The notes under the pieces: model-generated
Databases searched by the model: none
The model's input: the letters and a program-made list of their open reading frames with translations, nothing else
What the model was told of the DNA's origin: nothing
Source of the DNA: an uncultured Pseudomonadota bacterium
GTDB taxonomy: Bacteria > Oederibacteriota > Muellerivitia > Muellerivitales > Muellerivitaceae
DNA length: 64,000 nt
Direction: 5' to 3'
Assembly: GCA_963836235.1 (NCBI GenBank)
Contig: CAWIIP010000002.1
Span: forward strand, 992,001 to 1,056,000
In this document: piece after piece, positions 27,473 to 36,114 of the stretch
How positions within the stretch are numbered: position 1 is the first letter of the stretch
Layout of the letters: every line of letters starts with the position of its first letter
Made by a program: the position numbers and the translations under genes

Positions 27473-27757
27473 CTATTTCTTTTCAACCAAATCCATGCCG
27501 CAGTTGGGGCATTTGCCGGGTTTGTCACTGGTATAGTCACCCATTGGACAGACCCAAACCGCTTTTTTAGTCTCGGCCTTAGCCGTCTTTTTTGTTTTTT
27601 TCCCTTTTTTGGCTTTAACCATCGGGGCGGCCGCCACTATAGGTTGAGTCGACACGACCGAAGATCCATTCCCGATAGCTTCATCGGCTTGGGCGAAAGA
27701 AATTCCTAGCACCAGAATCCCCGTCAGAACCACTCCGACTGCGAATAATTTCCTCAT
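27473..27757 (-). CDS. Secreted stand-alone heavy-metal-binding domain protein
   Basis: Signal peptide (AQA), Lys-rich linker, WVCPMGDYTSDKPGKCPNCGMDLV; AAGGAG RBS. Confidence 0.8.
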   Translation of the reverse strand: MRKLFAVGVVLTGILVLGISFAQADEAIGNGSSVVSTQPIVAAAPMVKAKKGKKTKKTAKAETKKAVWVCPMGDYTSDKPGKCPNCGMDLVEKK

Positions 27758-27905
27758 TTTCGACTCCTTTTTTTTGAAATCACTTCCAGGCTTTCAAGCC
27801 TTATTGTTCGGTAAGACTTATGCTACAGGGCAAGCCGAAAGGAACGGACTCAATTTACTCTAACCAGGCTATCCATTTCCAGAACCCCTTTGGTTTCGCC
27901 ATCTT

Positions 27906-28505
27906 TCAATTCTTCCCACGCCTTTGGGCGATGAGGGCTCCGATTGCCGTTCCTAAAAGGATAAAACCCAGCCAAAACAGGAACCAATGGGCGCTGTCGG
28001 TCCGGACCGATGGGAATTTGTTGCTGATGAACCAACCCGTTTCATAGCCAATAAACCCGCCTAAAGCGGAATAAAAGAGGATCCAAAAAAGCTCACCCAA
28101 TGTGGAATATTTCTTAGCAATTCCCCAAAGGGGCTGAACGAGGGGAAAATAAACAAAAATAAACAAAATTCCCAAGGCAATCTCATGGTTTTTGAGGGCG
28201 TTGAAATAAGGGCTGTTGGTTAAAAGAAGGCCGTAGGCGATCCAAAGATAGGCTGAAACTCCTAAGAGCCAGCTTAAAACAAAACTCACTGGCCACATCA
28301 CCGTGCCCAGGCACCCATCGGTCAGTTTCCAGCGGTACACATAAAGAAGCGGATAGGCTACCAGGAAGAAGAGGGCGTTATAGAAAAAGTTGAGATTCCA
28401 AAGATGATCCGCATAGGGATGGAGATGGATTTGAACCAGACCCGCCAGGGCCAGTCCTTCCCATAAGAACAGCCGCAATAGTGACCGGGAGGATTCCTTG
28501 CCCAT
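27906..28505 (-). CDS. Hypothetical polytopic membrane protein (paralog of 28515..29153)
   Basis: About 6 hydrophobic segments; RLFLWEGLAL, AYPLLYVY, AYLWIAYGL and QPLWG align with the neighbouring gene. Confidence 0.7.
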   Translation of the reverse strand: MGKESSRSLLRLFLWEGLALAGLVQIHLHPYADHLWNLNFFYNALFFLVAYPLLYVYRWKLTDGCLGTVMWPVSFVLSWLLGVSAYLWIAYGLLLTNSPYFNALKNHEIALGILFIFVYFPLVQPLWGIAKKYSTLGELFWILFYSALGGFIGYETGWFISNKFPSVRTDSAHWFLFWLGFILLGTAIGALIAQRRGKN

Positions 28506-28514
28506 GAAATTCCT

Positions 28515-29153
28515 TTAGCCTTTTCTGGTTTTATTCCCGAACCAAACCACGGCCGCTACGCCGGCTAAGATGAAGATGCTCCAAATAAGCCCTTGAATTT
28601 CCACATCTCCCAAGAAACTTCCCCACTTGGTGATAAGGGTCCGGCCCAGGTAAAGCCCACCCACTACCCCGGAAACTGAGTCCGAGATCATCCCCACCGA
28701 TGACCAAAAAGTAAAATTGATCCGGCTCAAACCCCAAAGATGCTCGAAGAAAAAGAAGTAGTCGATCACGTAAAAAGGCGCCAAGATCATCCAATAATCT
28801 TTGACCACCATGAAGCAGGAAGACTGCCCCAAAATGAAATGTGTTGTGTAAAGGATGTAAGTAATCCAAAGAAAACTAGACCCCATTAACAGAATCCGCA
28901 AAGCGAAACTTAAGGGGGAGATGAGAAATTTGAGGACCGAGGGAATCTTCATCTGGCTGTAAAAATAAATAATAGGATAGACCGTTATGAAAACCACCGA
29001 ATTACCGAGGAAAAAGAGGGGAGTCGGGTCAGGGGCGGGGGGAGCGTAAAGAAGGATATGGAGAAACCCTACGATGCCGAGGATTTCCCAAAGGATAAAA
29101 CGGGCGAAAGAAGGCGTTTGAGTCATGTTGGCTGGAACGGCTTCTTTGTTCAT
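28515..29153 (-). CDS. Hypothetical polytopic membrane protein
   Basis: About 6 hydrophobic segments; RFILWEILGI, VYPIIYFY, SFLWITYIL, EHLWG. Confidence 0.7.
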   Translation of the reverse strand: MNKEAVPANMTQTPSFARFILWEILGIVGFLHILLYAPPAPDPTPLFFLGNSVVFITVYPIIYFYSQMKIPSVLKFLISPLSFALRILLMGSSFLWITYILYTTHFILGQSSCFMVVKDYWMILAPFYVIDYFFFFEHLWGLSRINFTFWSSVGMISDSVSGVVGGLYLGRTLITKWGSFLGDVEIQGLIWSIFILAGVAAVVWFGNKTRKG

Positions 29154-29491
29154 CCCTTATTACCTTTCTCGGCCTTGAACTTTTCCGTCACATGCCCGCA
29201 CTTCGGGCAGTCGTAAAGCATGACCCATCCCTTGCGGCCCAAGTCATATTTTTTAACCTTCGCCTGGACCCTTGCGGCGCACCAGGAACAATAGGTGTTT
29301 TCCCAACGGGGCCGGGTGGTTCCCCATAAAAGCCCCAATCCCGAAGCCAAGGCGAGGAAGGCCACGGGCACTAATATCCCCGCCGTAAATCCATAGTGCA
29401 ACCACAAAAGACTGGTTCCCATCAGAAGGGCCAAAAACCACAAGAGGAAAAACTTTTCCCAGGGTACTCGCTTGAGAAAGGCGGAAAGCAT
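29150..29491 (-). CDS. Two-TM membrane protein with C-terminal zinc ribbon
   Basis: Two TM segments then CSWC...CPKCGH; start and stop overlap both neighbours. Confidence 0.65.
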   Translation of the reverse strand: MLSAFLKRVPWEKFFLLWFLALLMGTSLLWLHYGFTAGILVPVAFLALASGLGLLWGTTRPRWENTYCSWCAARVQAKVKKYDLGRKGWVMLYDCPKCGHVTEKFKAEKGNKG

Positions 29492-29856
29492 CAGGCTTTA
29501 ACTTTCCACTTACAGAATTCCACCAGATTTCCGCCCGGGTCACGAAAATTGGCTACATCTCCCCAATCGCTGAAAAAAATATGTGTTTTGATCCCTTTTG
29601 ATTTTACTTTTTCATTAGCAGCCACCAAATCCACAACGTTGATCCGAAGAATAAAAGGTGGATTATCCCTTTCGCGGATTTCCGTGGGAGAGGGTTCCCA
29701 TGCCTTTTCCAACAGCAAATAGGAACCCCCGAATTGGAAATTGGTCATTCCTGGTTTTTGGTACCGGACCGGAAGCTCAAGGATTTTGGAGTAAAATTCA
29801 ACGCAGGCTTCATAATTCTCGACCCGTAACAAGAAACCTGTTTTCTCAAATTTCAT
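29491..29856 (-). CDS. VOC/glyoxalase family protein
   Basis: LRVENYEACVEFYSKILEL...FRDPGGNLVEF. Confidence 0.85.
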   Translation of the reverse strand: MKFEKTGFLLRVENYEACVEFYSKILELPVRYQKPGMTNFQFGGSYLLLEKAWEPSPTEIRERDNPPFILRINVVDLVAANEKVKSKGIKTHIFFSDWGDVANFRDPGGNLVEFCKWKVKA

Positions 29857-29928
29857 TGGACGGCCTTTTCCCGCGTTAGTTAGAGTTGGCCCACATGGTA
29901 TATCAATTGTCGTTGGATAAACAAACCA

Positions 29929-31191
29929 CTATTGAATCTTGGGCTTCTGGAAAGAGGACATCTCGCTCTTCTGGTCATGGGATTTTTCCCGGGGATCGAG
30001 GGAAGCGGCCTTCTCTAGCTTGTGGAATCCGTATTTACGCTTGATGGCATCCACGCTTTTAAAAAGTGCTTCTTTTTTCTTGGAACTCATTTCCGGAAAC
30101 AACCACTGGGCCTCTTCATCCCCCTTCTCAAACTTGGAAAGGGACACTCCCAGGAGCCTTATCTTGCGTTTGCGGACATGTGATTCCCGGAACAGTTCGT
30201 AAGCGGTTGTCATGACCACCGCGTCGTCGCTTGTCTCGGGAATGGTCTTGGCCCGGGTGATGGTTTGGAAATCGTCATATCGTAGTTTCAATGTAATGGT
30301 TCGGGCCTTCTTTCCGATCCGCCTCAAGCGGTAACAACCCTTTTCTGAAAGCCAAGCCAGGGTCTGGTGGATTTGTTGGAGGTCCTCCGTGTCTTTCTCA
30401 AAAGTTGTTTCATGCCCCACGCTTTTGGCATTGTGGAAAGGATAGACCTCGGTGTCGCCCATTCCCCGGGCCGCTTCATGAAGCCATTGGCCCGCCGAAG
30501 GCCCGAAAGACTTTTGAAGCTTCGCCAGGGGTATGGACAAAATGTCCCCAATGCGATGAATACGCATCTCTTTCAGGCGAGGCTGAGTCTTCTCCCCCGC
30601 CCCATGTAGCCGTTCAATGGGTAAAGGAGCCAGGAATTTCTGTTCCTCCCCTTCCGGAACCACGACCACACCCGTGTTTTCAACCACCTTTTTACCCAAC
30701 ATGGCGGGATCGGGCTTGACGGTTTTCCCCGCGATCTTCGCCACATATTTGTTGGAAGCGATAGCAACCGTGCAGGAAAGTTGGGTTCGCTCAAAGACCG
30801 AATCCCTCACCCTTCTGGCCAGGGCCCAAAAGTCATTGCCATAAAGGGCCTCGCAACCGGTGAAATCCAAATAGAATTCGTCGATGGAGGCATATTCCAC
30901 CACGGGCGCGATACGCCGCAGAAGCACATAGACTTTGCGGGAGTATTTGGAATAAAGCTTGTGGTGCCCCGGAACGAAGAGGGCTTTGGAACAAAGCTTC
31001 TCGGCGGTCATGATCGGCATCCCGGACTTGATGCCGTACTTGCGGGCTTCGTAGGAGGCGGAAGCCACCACACCCCTTTCCCCCTTCCGTCCACCGACAA
31101 CAACCGGCTTGCCGTTCAAGGATGGGTCTACCAACCTCTCACAAGAGACAAAAAAAGAATTCATGTCGATATGGGCGATAATTCGGTTCAT
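29929..31191 (-). CDS. dinB: DNA polymerase IV
   Basis: IAHIDMNSFFVSCE, ASYEARKYGIKSGMP, SIDEFYLD, KSVGHETTF. Confidence 0.95.
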   Translation of the reverse strand: MNRIIAHIDMNSFFVSCERLVDPSLNGKPVVVGGRKGERGVVASASYEARKYGIKSGMPIMTAEKLCSKALFVPGHHKLYSKYSRKVYVLLRRIAPVVEYASIDEFYLDFTGCEALYGNDFWALARRVRDSVFERTQLSCTVAIASNKYVAKIAGKTVKPDPAMLGKKVVENTGVVVVPEGEEQKFLAPLPIERLHGAGEKTQPRLKEMRIHRIGDILSIPLAKLQKSFGPSAGQWLHEAARGMGDTEVYPFHNAKSVGHETTFEKDTEDLQQIHQTLAWLSEKGCYRLRRIGKKARTITLKLRYDDFQTITRAKTIPETSDDAVVMTTAYELFRESHVRKRKIRLLGVSLSKFEKGDEEAQWLFPEMSSKKKEALFKSVDAIKRKYGFHKLEKAASLDPREKSHDQKSEMSSFQKPKIQ

Positions 31192-31192
31192 G

Positions 31193-31208
31193 GTATACGC
31201 TAGTATAC
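31193..31208. promoter_or_regulatory. Palindromic GTATAC-N4-GTATAC site next to the dinB start codon (candidate SOS operator)
   Basis: GTATACGCTAGTATAC; overlaps a minus-strand TATACT -10-like hexamer. Confidence 0.45.
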
Positions 31209-31227
31209 TTATTGAAGCCGGTAATGC

Positions 31228-31257
31228 AATTGGGGGTTTTCTTTAAAAACCCCAATT
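31228..31257. terminator. Hairpin downstream of the IgGFc-domain gene
   Basis: AATTGGGGGTTTT-CTTT-AAAAACCCCAATT right after the stop at 31260. Confidence 0.45.
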
Positions 31258-31259
31258 CC

Positions 31260-32909
31260 TTAAGACCGCGTCAAAATAAACTTATCCCTCTTTACCACGT
31301 TCCCATTGCGTTGGACCACGTAGAAATAAATGCCCGAGGCCACAGGCGACCCCTTGGTATTGAGTCCGTTCCAATCGTATTCCCCACCGGAGACCGTGAC
31401 TTTTTGAACCAGTTCTCCCGATAGCGTGAAAAAAGAAACCATGTCATTGGGTTGCAGGCAATCCATTTTGAAGAAGCCTCCGAAGGCAGTCTTGGGATTG
31501 TAAGGAACGGGCCAAACGTGGATGACGCAAACAGGTGTTGGGGTCGACGTAATCGTGGGGCTGGGCGTCGGGGTAAGCGTTGGAAGGCTGGAAAAGATCA
31601 TGCCCGCGGGATAGCTGTAGGCATCGCGTACGTCAAACCCATAGGATTCCACTCCAAAGGGCTGAGGCCCCGAAAGTTGGTGAAACCCGGTGCCGATCGT
31701 CACCTGGGCGCTGGAGTAACCGCTAGCCCCCACGGCCGTGAAACTGCCGGGAGGAAGGGCCGTGCCATCCAGCAAAATTAATCCCACCGCCGAATTGAGG
31801 GCCGCCACATTCAGGAAATTATAGGTGAAGCCAGTGGAGGGGGCGACCGTCTGATAGGTAGTCCCATAATCCGAAATCGGCGGCACGGTGATTTCACTCG
31901 GGTCGGCCATGGCGACCCCACCATAGGTGGCACCCTCATAGGCATGGCTGTTGGAATATTGCACCACCAGAATGGGGGCTGTCGCCGTGACGTAAGAAGC
32001 TGTGGACAACATCTGCTCGAAAAAAGCGCCGGAGTTCAAGGTGGCTACGGCGGTGCCATTGACGTTGATCACCGTTCCATTGGCCGATGAAAGATAACGA
32101 AAGGTATCGGAACTGCGTCCAGCCAGGGGAATGGTGATAAAGGCCGTTCCCCATGTGGAAAGCGGCAGTTCCTGTTCTAACACCATGTTACAGGTTACAT
32201 AACTGACCGGCACGTCGGCGCAGGCGTTGGCGCCGAACAGGGCCACGGAATTGTTGGCGGACACCTGGGTACCCGTCAAATCGCTGCCCAGGTTCGGAGC
32301 CTGCAGCTGGTAGGCCTGGCCCTGGTTCAAGGCCACCGTATAAGCTGCACCGGCGGTATGGGAACCCACCGTAACGGCGGGCGTGATGGTGACGCTGGTG
32401 GAATTTTGGGAGGCCACCACCGCGAATTCACTGGAACCGATGGCCGTTGCGGCCCCACCGTTCACGTCCGCGGTATAACTGGCAACCCAATATTGGGTGC
32501 CTATGGCCCCCACCGGCAGGGCCAGGTAACCATCGGTGGCGTGTGGTTCATATTCCAAACCGTATATGGAAATAAGATTATCGGAGGTCACGTGGATGCC
32601 CAAGTCCTGCACCCCATCCACTGTTGTCAGCATGGCCCCTGAGGGCACCACCAGGGTCACGGCGGAATTGGCCGCCACGGAGAAAGACTGCACGTAGGAA
32701 ATTCCAGGTATTGAAACCTGCCCGCTGGCGTTGGTTGAAGAAACGATGAAAAGGTCCAGCGTTTGGGATGAAATCAAATATTGGGTGGGAAAGGTCAGCC
32801 AAAATTCGGTGCCCTGGGTGGAAACGGGCCCAGCCAGGGTGCGGGATGGGAGCCCCACCCAAGCTACCAAAACCATGAAACAAACTAAAAAGAAAAATCT
32901 CACTCGCAT
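31260..32909 (-). CDS. Secreted IgGFc-binding-domain protein with C-terminal T9SS-CTD/FlgD-Ig-like domain
   Basis: Signal peptide; STQGTEFWLTFP, TDGYLALPV, SDLTGTQVSAN, EQELPLSTWGT; PT linker; tail FTLSGELV...WNG...VASGIYFY. Confidence 0.8.
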   Translation of the reverse strand: MRVRFFFLVCFMVLVAWVGLPSRTLAGPVSTQGTEFWLTFPTQYLISSQTLDLFIVSSTNASGQVSIPGISYVQSFSVAANSAVTLVVPSGAMLTTVDGVQDLGIHVTSDNLISIYGLEYEPHATDGYLALPVGAIGTQYWVASYTADVNGGAATAIGSSEFAVVASQNSTSVTITPAVTVGSHTAGAAYTVALNQGQAYQLQAPNLGSDLTGTQVSANNSVALFGANACADVPVSYVTCNMVLEQELPLSTWGTAFITIPLAGRSSDTFRYLSSANGTVINVNGTAVATLNSGAFFEQMLSTASYVTATAPILVVQYSNSHAYEGATYGGVAMADPSEITVPPISDYGTTYQTVAPSTGFTYNFLNVAALNSAVGLILLDGTALPPGSFTAVGASGYSSAQVTIGTGFHQLSGPQPFGVESYGFDVRDAYSYPAGMIFSSLPTLTPTPSPTITSTPTPVCVIHVWPVPYNPKTAFGGFFKMDCLQPNDMVSFFTLSGELVQKVTVSGGEYDWNGLNTKGSPVASGIYFYVVQRNGNVVKRDKFILTRS

Positions 32910-32947
32910 TGGACATCCACTTCAAGGGCCGCCGTAGCCCACAAGGC

Positions 32948-35392
32948 TTATTCTTCCAGGGTGACTTCCACCTGAATGGTCTTCTTGCCCGTGGAAATAG
33001 GAATAACGTTCCCGGTGACGATTTGCCCTTCCACCTTGAGGGTTTTGACGCCCCTGCAGACGCCCTTGGGATTGGAAACATGAACTTGGTATTCCACGCC
33101 CCGGTAATTCCGGGTGATCTTGAATTCCTTCCATCCCCTAGGGATGCAAGGATCGATCTGAAGCCCGTTGAAGTCCGGTTTCACCCCCAAAAGGCCCTGG
33201 GAAACGGTCAGGAAAGTCCAGGCGGCGGTCCCGGTCAGCCAGGAGTTCTTGGCCTCGCCCGACGTGGCCGCGTCGCGCCCCGCGATCATTTGGGCGTAAA
33301 CGTAAGGTTCGCTCCGGTAGGTTTCGATCTGTTCCTCCTTCGCCGAAGGACAAATGGATAGGTAATATTCCAAGGCCCGGTCTCCATCGCCTAACAGGCA
33401 CCAGCCCAGGTTGATCCAGGTATTGTTGTGGCAGAAGATGCCGGCGTTTTCCTTGTAGCCGGGCGGGTAGCTGGTCACCTCTCCAAGATTTAGGTCATAA
33501 GTGCTATAGGCTGGCTGTTGCAGGATGACGCCGTTGGAAGTGTAAAGATGCTTGTGGACGCTCTCCAAGGCCTGCCGGGCCCGGCCGTTATCCTTGCCCG
33601 CCCCGCCCAACACGCACCAGCCCTGGCTTTCGATGAAGATTTTTCCTTCCGCATTGGCCTTGGAACCTACCGGCTTGCCCTTGGCGTCGTAAGCCCGGGT
33701 GTACCATTCCCCATCCCAAGCCTGCTCTTCGACCACCTTCAACATGCCGTCGAAAGCCTTCTGCATTCGGCCTTGGTCCTGGGGCTTCCTTAAATAATCG
33801 TAAAGCGAAGCCATCTCACGGGAAGCGTAGAGGAAGAGCCCCGCGATCATGACCGATTCGGCCTTGGAGCCCTTCACGTCCCCAGCCGTCTGGAAGGATT
33901 CGTTGGGCTCGGTGGAAAAGCAGTTCAGGTTCAGGCAGTCGTTCCAGTCCGCGTGGCCGATCAGGGGCAAACCCCGGTCACCGCAATTTTTCAGGGTATA
34001 AGCGATGCTGGTTTCCAGGTGGTGAAGGAGATTCTCTTTGGACCCCGGTTTGTCGGCGTAACCCACGGGCGCTTCCAGGATGGAAGTATCCCCTGTTTCC
34101 TTGATATAGGAGCAGGTTGAAAGGATAAGCCACAGGTGGTCGTCGTAAAAATCTCCGCCGATTTCGGCGTTGCCCTTTTTGGTGAGCGGCTGGTATTGGT
34201 GGTAGCAGGTTCCGTCGGAAAGCTGGGTACCGGCAATATCCAATATCCTCTGGCGGGCGCGTTCCGGAATCAGGTGCACGAAACCCAGTAGGTCCTGGTT
34301 GGAATCCCGGAAGCCCATGCCCCGGCCGATTCCGGTTTCGTACAGGCTGGCCGAGCGGGACAGGTTGAAGGTGGCCATGCATTGGTACTGGTTCCAGGTA
34401 TTGAGCATCCTCTGGGCGTGGGGGTCCGGGCATTCCACCTGGAATTTGGACAGGAGCCCTTGCCACAGCCCGTTGATGGCCTTGAAAGCCTCGTCCACCG
34501 CACCGGGTTTCTGGTACTTGGCCAGCAGTTCCTGGCCCTTTTTCTTGTTCATCACGAAAGGCTTGTCGAACTTGGGCAGGTCGCCCTGTTCCACATAAGC
34601 CAGGATAAAAGAGAAGGTTTCCGAAGCTCCCGGCCCTAGCTTCAAGTGAAGCTCGTGGGAGCCAATGGGATTCCATCCGTGGGCGATGGTTTTCTTCGAC
34701 TGCCCGGCGAAGGGAACGGAGGCCTCATGCAGGCCGTTATGGACCCCCACGAAGGCGTCGCGGGAAGTGTCAAACCCGGCCACTTCCTTGGTACAGGCGA
34801 AGAGGGCGTAATGACTGCGGCGCTCGCGGTATTCAGTTTTGTGATAAATGGCGGACCCTTCCACCTCGACTTCCCCGATGGAATAGGTGCGCTGGTAATT
34901 GGTCATATCGTTCAAAGCCTCAAAGAGGCAGAACTCCACGTAGGAGAAGAGCTTCAGGTCCTTCGTCGTTTTGCTATTGTTCTTGACCGTGGTCTTCCAG
35001 ATTTCCAAGTTCTCGCCCGGCGGCACGAAAAACAGCATCTCCACTTCCACGCCGTCCTTGGCGCCGAGAATTTTGGTATAACCCAACCCATGGCGGCATT
35101 CGTAGCGATCCAGCTTTGTCTTCGTAGGCTTCCAACCCGGGTTCCAGACAGTGCCGTTGTCGTTGATATAGAGGTAGCGGCCACCCAAATCCATAGGCGT
35201 GTTGTTGTAACGGTAGCGGGTCAGTCGGCGGAGCTTGGCGTCCTTCCAAAAACTGTAGCCCCCGGCGGTGTTGGTGCAAAGTCCGAAGAATTCATCTTGT
35301 CCGATGTAATTGAGCCAGGGAAGGGGTGTGTCGGGCCGGGTAATCACATACTCGCGGGCGGGATCGTCGAAATGGCCGTAAGGATTGGTCAC
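32948..35392 (-). CDS. GH94 glycoside phosphorylase, most like cellobiose phosphorylase
   Basis: REYVITRPDTPLPWLNY, RRLTRYRYNN, GRGMGFRDSNQD, ADWNDCLNLNCFS, ENAGIFCHNN, NSWLTGTAAW; no signal peptide. Confidence 0.92.
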   Translation of the reverse strand: MTNPYGHFDDPAREYVITRPDTPLPWLNYIGQDEFFGLCTNTAGGYSFWKDAKLRRLTRYRYNNTPMDLGGRYLYINDNGTVWNPGWKPTKTKLDRYECRHGLGYTKILGAKDGVEVEMLFFVPPGENLEIWKTTVKNNSKTTKDLKLFSYVEFCLFEALNDMTNYQRTYSIGEVEVEGSAIYHKTEYRERRSHYALFACTKEVAGFDTSRDAFVGVHNGLHEASVPFAGQSKKTIAHGWNPIGSHELHLKLGPGASETFSFILAYVEQGDLPKFDKPFVMNKKKGQELLAKYQKPGAVDEAFKAINGLWQGLLSKFQVECPDPHAQRMLNTWNQYQCMATFNLSRSASLYETGIGRGMGFRDSNQDLLGFVHLIPERARQRILDIAGTQLSDGTCYHQYQPLTKKGNAEIGGDFYDDHLWLILSTCSYIKETGDTSILEAPVGYADKPGSKENLLHHLETSIAYTLKNCGDRGLPLIGHADWNDCLNLNCFSTEPNESFQTAGDVKGSKAESVMIAGLFLYASREMASLYDYLRKPQDQGRMQKAFDGMLKVVEEQAWDGEWYTRAYDAKGKPVGSKANAEGKIFIESQGWCVLGGAGKDNGRARQALESVHKHLYTSNGVILQQPAYSTYDLNLGEVTSYPPGYKENAGIFCHNNTWINLGWCLLGDGDRALEYYLSICPSAKEEQIETYRSEPYVYAQMIAGRDAATSGEAKNSWLTGTAAWTFLTVSQGLLGVKPDFNGLQIDPCIPRGWKEFKITRNYRGVEYQVHVSNPKGVCRGVKTLKVEGQIVTGNVIPISTGKKTIQVEVTLEE

Positions 35393-35494
35393 AAAAGCTC
35401 CTTGAATTCAGGGATTGAGCGATGAATTTTACTGACAGAAGGGATGCGAAACTACCCAAAAGTGATGGGCAAATTTTGAAAAAAAGCCCGAATT

Positions 35495-36016
35495 TCAGGT
35501 TCGCTTAAAGGTCATCTTAAGAGAGCTTTTTGTGGGAGGGTTATTGGAGGGTTTTTGAAACTGGGGCCGGGCCGCTTCTTCCCGCAAGCGCTGGTCTTCA
35601 AGTGCCCGGAGGGTCTCAAAATCCTGCTTGTTGATGGCGGCGAAATGGAGGTCCCCCCGGAAAAGGGGCCGCCTAAGCTCCATAAAAGTTTCCGTTTTCT
35701 TGACTTTGGCCAAAAGCCTCAGCCGCGCCTTGTGGCGGGCTACGAAGAGTTCCAGTTCGACGATCTCATTCTTGGAAAACACGCTCCCCCCGGTAAGGTA
35801 CAATTCGCCATAGTTGGTGTTTTTATCCAAGACGTAGTAAAGACTCTCGTCCCGCTGGTTACTGGGCGGCCGGGGCTGGCCCTTTTTCTTTCGGGGCGTT
35901 TTCTTGACCTTCACGCGGTCGTATTTCACTTCCACCATGGAGACCACCCGGCCATTGTTGTATTTCTCAAGCCATCCGGTTTTTTGAGCCACGGTTCCTG
36001 TTCCCTTCAAGGACAT
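35495..36016 (-). CDS. Degenerate PilZ-like protein
   Basis: Aligns with 24218..24676 (KTGWLEK vs RTGWMEK; FRGDLHFAAINKQD vs FRAGIKILAINRQD) but lacks RxxxR and DxSxxG. Confidence 0.65.
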   Translation of the reverse strand: MSLKGTGTVAQKTGWLEKYNNGRVVSMVEVKYDRVKVKKTPRKKKGQPRPPSNQRDESLYYVLDKNTNYGELYLTGGSVFSKNEIVELELFVARHKARLRLLAKVKKTETFMELRRPLFRGDLHFAAINKQDFETLRALEDQRLREEAARPQFQKPSNNPPTKSSLKMTFKRT

Positions 36017-36114
36017 TCAAATGAAAAGCCGGTTAAAAGATACCACCAAACGGTTTACCTAACGGTAACTTTCTAAAATCTTGAGTTCGAATTTTAACAG
36101 TTAAACCGGAAACC

